A stretch of DNA of 62,494 nt, filler included, from Choristocarpus tenellus KU-1152 (lineage: Eukaryota > Protista > Phaeophyceae): assembly GCA_964200185.2 (NCBI GenBank). It is 13 parts of 13 records of this genome, joined end to end, with 100 filler letters (N's around TTAATTAATTAA, not from the genome) between each part and the next. Parts side by side here need not be neighbours in the genome. Positions count along the whole stretch, not along the records: positions 53,883 to 57,028 come from CAXNAD020021987.1; positions 57,129 to 62,494 come from CAXNAD020011020.1; 11 more parts are not named here. One strand, written 5' to 3'. The notes under the pieces were generated by a model that was given only the letters and a program-made list of their open reading frames with translations, made no database searches and was not told the origin of the DNA. This document shows positions 55,656-62,494 of this stretch, one piece after another. Made by a program: the position numbers and the translations under genes. The stretch's first letter is position 1. Each line of letters begins with the position of its first letter.

Positions 55656-56602
55656 TTTTGCCTTGCTTGCTTCTTTTGTGCCTGAGCCTCTTCATCAAAT
55701 GCCTCTCCCTCTGCATAATCATCCCCGAGGCCAAAGGCATCCCTCATACGTCTGTTCGCCTCCACTTTCCTGGCTGCCGTTAAGTGCGTATCCATCCCTG
55801 ATCCTGTTGCTCCCCCTGCCCCCCTCCCAACAAGGGATGCCTTCTGGCCAGCCATCTCACGCTCCATGAGCTCCTTACGAACTTCTTTCACCTATGTGTG
55901 GGGCCAGCAACACAAATTAAGACATAAATTTAGGGGGAATGAGAAAATCGTGAGAGGTGATTAGTATTGCTGGGTCTTTGCCCCAGGTAAACACTAACTC
56001 AAGTCATCGCCTGGATCCCTGAGGTGAGTGTCGTTACACAAGTAAAGTTAGAACACTATTCCTACCCTCAGAAAAATGCCAACTGCTTCATCCATTCAAA
56101 TATTTTCCTCGTTTTTTATCCCTTACACCTCTCCCAAATAACTGTGATTGCCACCGGTATCAGATCAGGTCCCTTGTCCTTTCTCAAATCCTCGAGAAAC
56201 CAATATCTACACAACAGTAGAATGGCGCTGGATGCATCCCTGGACCTACAAACCCAACAGTGACATCTACATTTTTTTCTTCAACCCTTTCTAATGCAAG
56301 GACCTATCTCCAACAAACACCGAATCAATCATTTGGTTCTTTCCCAATGCTCAAAAATTGTGCACTAACCTCTCATCCCCTGTCCGATCAATCATCTTCC
56401 ACCCCCTGTCAATCACCCCAGCTTCATCAACAAAGTTAGACCGCACACCGAAAGGGATCAAAGGGATCCGCTGTCCGTGTCCATCTCCCATGAGTATCGA
56501 ATCACTAACCCCTTTGCTGTAAAGTACCTTGGCTTCGATCTCTTCATCAACGAAGCCCCTGTCTACCATGGCCTCACGCAGCTCAAAGATCTTGGCCTCC
56601 AC
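55656..56602 (-). CDS. CWC21: Pre-mRNA splicing factor CWC21/SRRM2-like (cwf21 domain), two internal exons
   Basis: Exons 56602-56528 and 55891-55656: VEAKIFELREAMVDRGFVDEEIEAK / VKEVRKELM..DTHLTAARKVEANRRMRDAFGLGDDYAEGEAFDEEAQ. Confidence 0.9.
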
Positions 56603-57128
56603 CTGAAGTGACAATTGAGTGAAGATAATAAAAAAATCAACAGAAAAAAAACAGAAACACGAATTGAATAACGACCTGTCAAATGCATTCACGACAAAAC
56701 TCTCAATCCTCAACACACTGAGGGAGCAGGTGGAAGGAGTGATTAAGGGACAGGTAGAATGGGCATGGCGAGGTAGTAGAGAGAGGCTGGATTAGGAAAT
56801 CAATGCAATACATATTTGAATTTATATTCCGGAAAACAGATGCTGTGATTACAACGGAAGCACTGCTGCAGCTGGGCTGGGGTAGTGAAGGAATTGTACT
56901 GCAATCAGGCGTTCACAACCGTAAGAACAACAAAGGGCAACAGAGAGACACCAATACCCAATATCCGTCACAATTGAGGAGTATCAGCTCAACCCCCCCC
57001 CCACCCCCCACCCCCCCACCCCCCCCCCNNNNNNNNNNNNNNNNNNNNNNNNNNNNNNNNNNNNNNNNNNNNTTAATTAATTAANNNNNNNNNNNNNNNN
57101 NNNNNNNNNNNNNNNNNNNNNNNNNNNN

Positions 57129-57225
57129 TCCATCTGATGTATGCAACCAAATCACCTAAAAATCGCGACATGGAAAAATTGACCCCAAGTGGACAGCTGC
57201 CACCCCCTCTCAGATACTTTGAGCC
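57129..57225 (-). mobile_element. MITE-B half (contig start)
   Basis: ...GACCCCAAGTGGACAGCTGCCACCCCCTCTCAGATACTTTGAGCC. Confidence 0.87.
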
Positions 57226-57560
57226 ATGTAACCAACAAAAAAGAACAAAATTGTACACACATTGATATGGAAACTGTTTTTGTCACCAGCCTCCTTGAGT
57301 CTATTTTTTTTCTGCTTGATGACAGGTTTCAAGAAGGAATGGCACGATGCACAAATATTGTTTAGCACACGTATCCTTGGCACTATTGCTGGTGTGAAAA
57401 TATGCCCTTAGTGGATGTCGGTGTTTCTTTGTCTCTATTTATTATTTTTATTTTATCTCCTTCTTACTACATAGTAGAACCTTGTACTTCGACTTGTTTC
57501 TTTGCATTACTGAACCGAGGGGTGGCATTGCACCGCCTTGATATATTGGTGCTAGAATAT

Positions 57561-57816
57561 GAGCCAATGTATCTAAGAGGGTAGAGTCGCATCCATTTGG
57601 GGGTCAAAATCCAATGTTGCAATTTGATGTAATTTTACCCATCGTGTTTGTTAGGAAGTGTCAATACCTATGTTTCCGACACACTTTTTCACAACGAATA
57701 CATTTTACCTACTCGGAAACATTTCAGAGTGGGAATGTCATAAAAAAACCCATGGGAAGCCAAACCCCAAATGGACAAACAGGGCAAGTCTCGTACCCTC
57801 TAAGATACTTTCACTC
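57561..57816 (+). mobile_element. MITE-A, complete, flanked by TAT/TAT
   Basis: Both TIRs present. Nearly identical to 61271-61528. Confidence 0.93.
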
Positions 57817-58418
57817 TATACTAGAATTGATTGTTTGGTACATCTCCCCTGCTGAACCTTTTCTTCTTTTGACTGAATTATTATTTTTCTTCATTCAGTG
57901 TCATTTTTTTCCCATTATCCGTTCCTTTTTTTCTTTGCATTTCTGTATTGTTTTTCCTGGTATCTTCGTTGCATCTCTTCTCTATTTCTGCTTTTTTTTC
58001 ACTGATGCACCCTCTCTCCCTGTTCTCATTATTGTGATGTCTGTGACCATGGGTTGGAGGGTTGAACATGTTGCATGTCGCTTCCATCTCCATGGTGCTA
58101 TTTGCACAATGTTTTCGAGCATCATTGCAGAATGCATTGAACTTCTGTACACAAATCAACCAACCAGTCAACAATCACACGATGGTGGGGTAAACAGTTA
58201 ACAAGAGGCCATAAATTGTAGTGTTAGTGGTTTTCTTACTCCCAAACCACCATATAGTTTATTAAGTTGAATGGGACAACAGGTAGAACAGCCAACATCT
58301 ACACGGGAGTGTGGTATATTTTGAAACTTCGAATAAAGATACAGTTGTAACATTCCAACCAATGTTAAAATATTTGGTTTTTAAGCTACTGAGGTACAAT
58401 TTGCTCGACATGTTTCTA

Positions 58419-58490
58419 TCTCGCGTGGGGAAATGGTTATCCCCCCAGTCTTTGAAACTGGTATTCCGAGTTCGAGTCTCGGCGTGAGAA
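58419..58490 (+). tRNA. tRNA-Gln(TTG)
   Basis: Acceptor TCTCGCG/CGTGAGA, D stem GGGA/TCCC, anticodon arm CCAGT-CTTTGAA-ACTGG, T arm CCGAG-TTCGAGT-CTCGG. TTTT shortly downstream. Confidence 0.92.
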
Positions 58491-60044
58491 AGGTTTTGTA
58501 CTATTGACCTATAGTGAAGAGTCAAAGTTTTTCGTCAGTTTATTTTTTCGTGTCCTTCAATGTCTCGTAAGTTTTTCACTCTAATGCCCTGCGCCTTTTC
58601 AGTCCTCAAACGATTGTGAGCCTATTGCAAGGGAGTTATGATTTTTCTTTATTTCGTCAGATTTGACTGCACAGCATAGATAGTGATTTGCACCTTTCTT
58701 TGTTGAATGTGGTGTACGAAATGGAGAGTTGTTTGGTTCGAAAATCAATCGAACAAGGAGAGGAAACATTTTGTGGTTGCGAACTTTTATGTGATAAATG
58801 GAGCTGTAGAGACCAAGCCAAGGTAGAAGGTTTTTGGAACCATTTTAGGACGATTTTCGGTTGATGTGCGATAACGTTCCATACACTTGGAAGCGAAGTT
58901 TTGAAACCTGGTGCTTTATGTAGGTGAGGATGGTAGGTTCATTTCAAGGTATTGTGGGCATTTTTTTTAGTTATCTACATCAAGAAAGGTGTTCGAAGAC
59001 AAACGATTTTGTTGAGTCTCTACGCGGTAGCTAGGATGTCAGTCAAGATATATACCGTTGTTTTGAGGAAATTTGCTTCCCATTGCAAAATGAAATTATA
59101 GAGGGTTAGGAGAAATCTCCTTGGGCTAATAGGCTTCGATCAAACCAATAAAATTACTTGGGGGGTGCTCGAACCATGGAGAACCATGCATAATGTGGGA
59201 AGGTGCAGCAACCTGTACCGAATGCTGGTCACCGTGCCTATCCCATATTTGCACTGACAATTTCAACACTTTTTTGCCACCTCTCCAACACTTGCCCCTA
59301 TAGTACATACATAGGGGAATAGCAACCCCTTACACCCTGACTATCTCAGTCTCCCTATATAGAATAACCCTTTGTTCCATTTGGATAGGGAAAAGCTCTT
59401 GAAGCCGAGGAAAAATAATCTCTCGTAGTTAACATGCTGTGACGATTGCTACAACAATCAGTTCAAGGAACATGTCAAGACAACCTATGCTCTATCCAAC
59501 TCAATTCACATAGTTGCAATAGCTTGACACGATTCTGAGGAACATACGTACGTTTCACCAACCCTCGTAACTATGCTGTTATCTTCGACTCACTTTGCTT
59601 AGCTTCATGTAAGCATAGAGTGTCATCTACGTCAACGTGTTAGCAGGTTGGTATTCCCATCACCCTTTGCAGGCGCAGAAGCAACAGCAGTCCGACCACC
59701 AAATACTAAGCCATCAACGCACGATAACATTTCCTGAAGAGTGAAGGTGGTCGAAGAAATAAGGTTAACTTTCAACCTTCCCCTCATGTGCAATGAAGAT
59801 TGTTACACAGGTATGCTCAACAAGCGTAAATTCTTCACATTTTTGTGAGATACTCGTAAGGAGTAATTAGTCACACATTGATTAATCCAGAACCAAGCCT
59901 TCAATTATGGCCAGTGTGATCTAGATAACCTTTAGGGAGTAAAGCCTCATCAAGTAGAAGTGGGAAATCAGAAACGTGAGACGTTTAGGGTGCTCAACAT
60001 GTTTCATCCAAACGCGGTCTTGATTTACTGGTATATGACAAAAT

Positions 60045-61270
60045 CTAGTCCTTTTCTTTAGGTTTATAGCTAACATTCCATGGCCAGGCCCCTGCTACTC
60101 GGGTGGTATGTATCTTGCCTTCTGCCTTCCATCAATTTTTGTATGTACAATATGCAAAGTACAAAAAATGATGCTTTGTGTTACATGATATATACTCCTC
60201 CGAACAAAATCGTAGTAGTTCAATATTTCACTTAAATGCGGACTACAGTTGCCTGGATATTTTTTGTGTGGTCGTCTCTGTATTCGGTGGTCAAATTCAG
60301 TTGGGTGAGAGTGACTTCCGAGTATTTTCCTGCACTATAGGACCCATTTAGTTTGAGCATGCAGTGTGTGTGTTTGCATGACATATTCCAAATATACAGT
60401 TCATCCTATCTATCCCATGTTATTTCTAATCCCCTTTGAAGGGAGTGCATCAAATGCAAATACAGTTGAGATCGAATATTCTGGGTTGTAGGAAGTATTC
60501 CCCGTATGTGTCATCTGTTAGTTGGGAAGACAATGTAGAGGTCATCATGAGAAAGGCTAACGATTAGCACGGGCTTTGAAGTGTACGACCGATGGTAGAG
60601 CATGAAGGGTATAGCACTTCTTTGACTAAAGAATACAGCAATGGATATAACAAAATTGTGCTGGAAAGTGAAGGATGCCAGAGGGTGCTACGGACCCTGT
60701 GTGTTAGTGGGATGCTCCCTGGACAATGTCAGGGTGGTGTGGCTGACTGCATGTCAGGAGAGCAAGAACGCGCAGTGGAATGGAATGCCTGGCTGAGGGA
60801 GACTATTGATCCACAAGTATATCTAGGTGCATCACTGAAACCATGGAAAGGCCGTGTCGCTCAGAATACATCCCCTTCCACGGCTGACCTCTGCGATGTT
60901 TACACAGAATGGTGGGCAATAATGGATGCTTATCACAAAGTGTGGATACATCTGTGTACTAAGCCCACAGTTGTCGACCTGGACACATTTGTAGTCAATG
61001 CTATCCTTGCTATCAACATTCCGTGTGCCAACTATCAACATTGTCACAAGACAGTGTTAGGATTGCACTGTGTTGTGACTGCTAGGCGCATAAAATACAG
61101 ATGGAGGTATTGTACTACAGGCAATGATATGAGCTGTACAGCAAAGAGAAGGAAATCGGAGAACGACATCTTAAAAGCGATTGAGAACAAGATGCTGTAC
61201 TTCTTCAGCCACACTGCCAACGAGTGCCGAGGGGATGGTACTGTGAATCCAACCCACATCCCTGTGGGTT
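60045..61270 (+). pseudogene. Decayed DDE transposase, CMC/Transib (RAG1-related) type (tentative)
   Basis: Colinear motifs in three frames: LVLFFRFIA(N)..FVCTICK (60045-60158), CLH (60371-60379), then a 226-aa ORF with LESEGCQRVL, DLDTFVVNA, GLHCVV and YFFSHT. Ends at a MITE-A insertion. Confidence 0.4.
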
Positions 61271-61528
61271 GAGCCAAAGTATCTTAGAGGATAGAGCCAC
61301 GTCCATTTGGGGGTCAAAATCCAATGTTGCAATTTGATGTAATTTTACCTATCGTGGTTGTTAGGAAGTGTCAAAATACCTATGTTTCCGACACACTTTT
61401 TCACAACGAATACATTTTACCTACTCGGAAACATTTCAGAGTAGGAATGTCATAAAAAAACCCATGGGAAGCCAAGCCCCAAATGGACAAACAGGGCAAG
61501 TCTCGTACCCTCTAAGATACTTTCACTC
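61271..61528 (+). mobile_element. MITE-A, complete, TSD GGTT
   Basis: GAGCCAAAGTATCTTAGAGGATA...TACCCTCTAAGATACTTTCACTC. Confidence 0.95.
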
Positions 61529-62494
61529 GGTTGTCCTAGATGAGTACGCAGGTCACTGCCAGACAGGAGGTACTGATGGCTGTGGATATGCCAACAGTGT
61601 ATGCAAGATACACGCTGAGCACCAGGGCAGCGTTGTACACTTTCGTCACCATTCATTATACTATTCCACATGCCACACATCACATCTGCACCTTCAACAG
61701 TGTTAACACGTGTAAGCACCAAGTGAAAATTGATCTAAATTCGATGCAGCAGAGTCAATATCCCACCATATTACTGTAAGGGTTCGAAAATATTACCAAC
61801 TTCTACTAATCATTATTTTCTCCCTTCCAGAAGGAAGGTCTGAAGACATGTGTTGGTTAACGAACCAACGTATTCCATTTTTGCGAGAGCTGGCAAAATC
61901 CACATGTGATGTAGGAATGCAAAACTTTAACTGCAGTCGGTTCACTCAAATTTGTGGTGTGATCTTGTTTTGTGTTGCTGTCATTCAACTAGGTGTTTTT
62001 GTAACTCGGCTGCTGACAAAGATGGGAGTCAAGAACAAAAAGATGTTGAAAGCTCTTTGGTCCAAACAAACAATCAAGGATGGTTTGGGCGCACGAACTC
62101 CATCCATACACTGGATGCCTTGCGAAAAAGATGCACATCAACAGTGAAGATGACAAACGTTGTGTGCACCTCCTTGGTTGGGATATTGTTAGGCGTTATT
62201 TTTTGTTGGTAATAGATTACGGTACCTACCCCGATTTTGTTTACCCATGGGCATGCCCGAAAAAAGCGGGACAGAATTGATGTGGTACAATATCGTTCTT
62301 GTAGTAATTTATCGTGGTTAGCTGGGAAATCAATCGTCGAAGCGATTGATTAATCGTGGCATTCTGGGGAAATCATTCAAAAACTTCATGGATAGGATGG
62401 AAACGATTACGAGCGCTTTTTTTAATGATGTTTATGTGTTAATCGCATCTCCCGCCTCGCCATAAGGAGGGAGAATACTGTATGTACCTTCTAC

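Noticed and set aside
57614-58201. 195-aa hydrophobic ORF and similar short ORFs overlapping MITE-A or MITE-B (e.g. 34656, 61368)
   Set aside because: Chance frames through non-coding repeats and T-rich sequence.

Overview
This is not one locus. It is 13 short eukaryotic contigs (about 3-8 kb) joined by artificial 100-nt N-TTAATTAATTAA-N linkers, so no synteny can be read across linkers. GT-AG introns, Pol III tRNAs, TTAGGG-type motifs and TE content suggest a stramenopile, probably a brown alga or relative (inference). Host genes, all spliced by hand and mostly partial: an 11-exon N-terminal part of a USP9X/USP24/USP34-type deubiquitinase, a complete 2-exon type II membrane protein with two Cys-rich repeats, one ICMT/STE14 exon, the first 5 exons of MCM6, an unknown 3-exon gene, an ABI (SCAR/WAVE) N-terminus and two CWC21/SRRM2 exons. 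There are also tRNA-Val(GAC) and tRNA-Gln(TTG). The rest is nested transposon debris: a decayed Ty3/gypsy, a decayed Ty1/copia, three TSD-flanked solo LTRs, pogo-like and CMC/Transib(RAG1)-like transposase remnants, and about 23 copies of two related MITE families. The MITEs share AAAGTATCT termini, a subterminal GTCCATTTGGGG motif and 4-bp (sometimes 3-bp) TSDs, which is Sola2-like. I found no convincing new multi-gene system. The best leads are the MITE pair, the RAG1/Transib-like remnant, the G34 tRNA-Val, the Cys-repeat protein and an intronic array of 5' splice-site motifs. All family assignments come from motif recognition without database searches.
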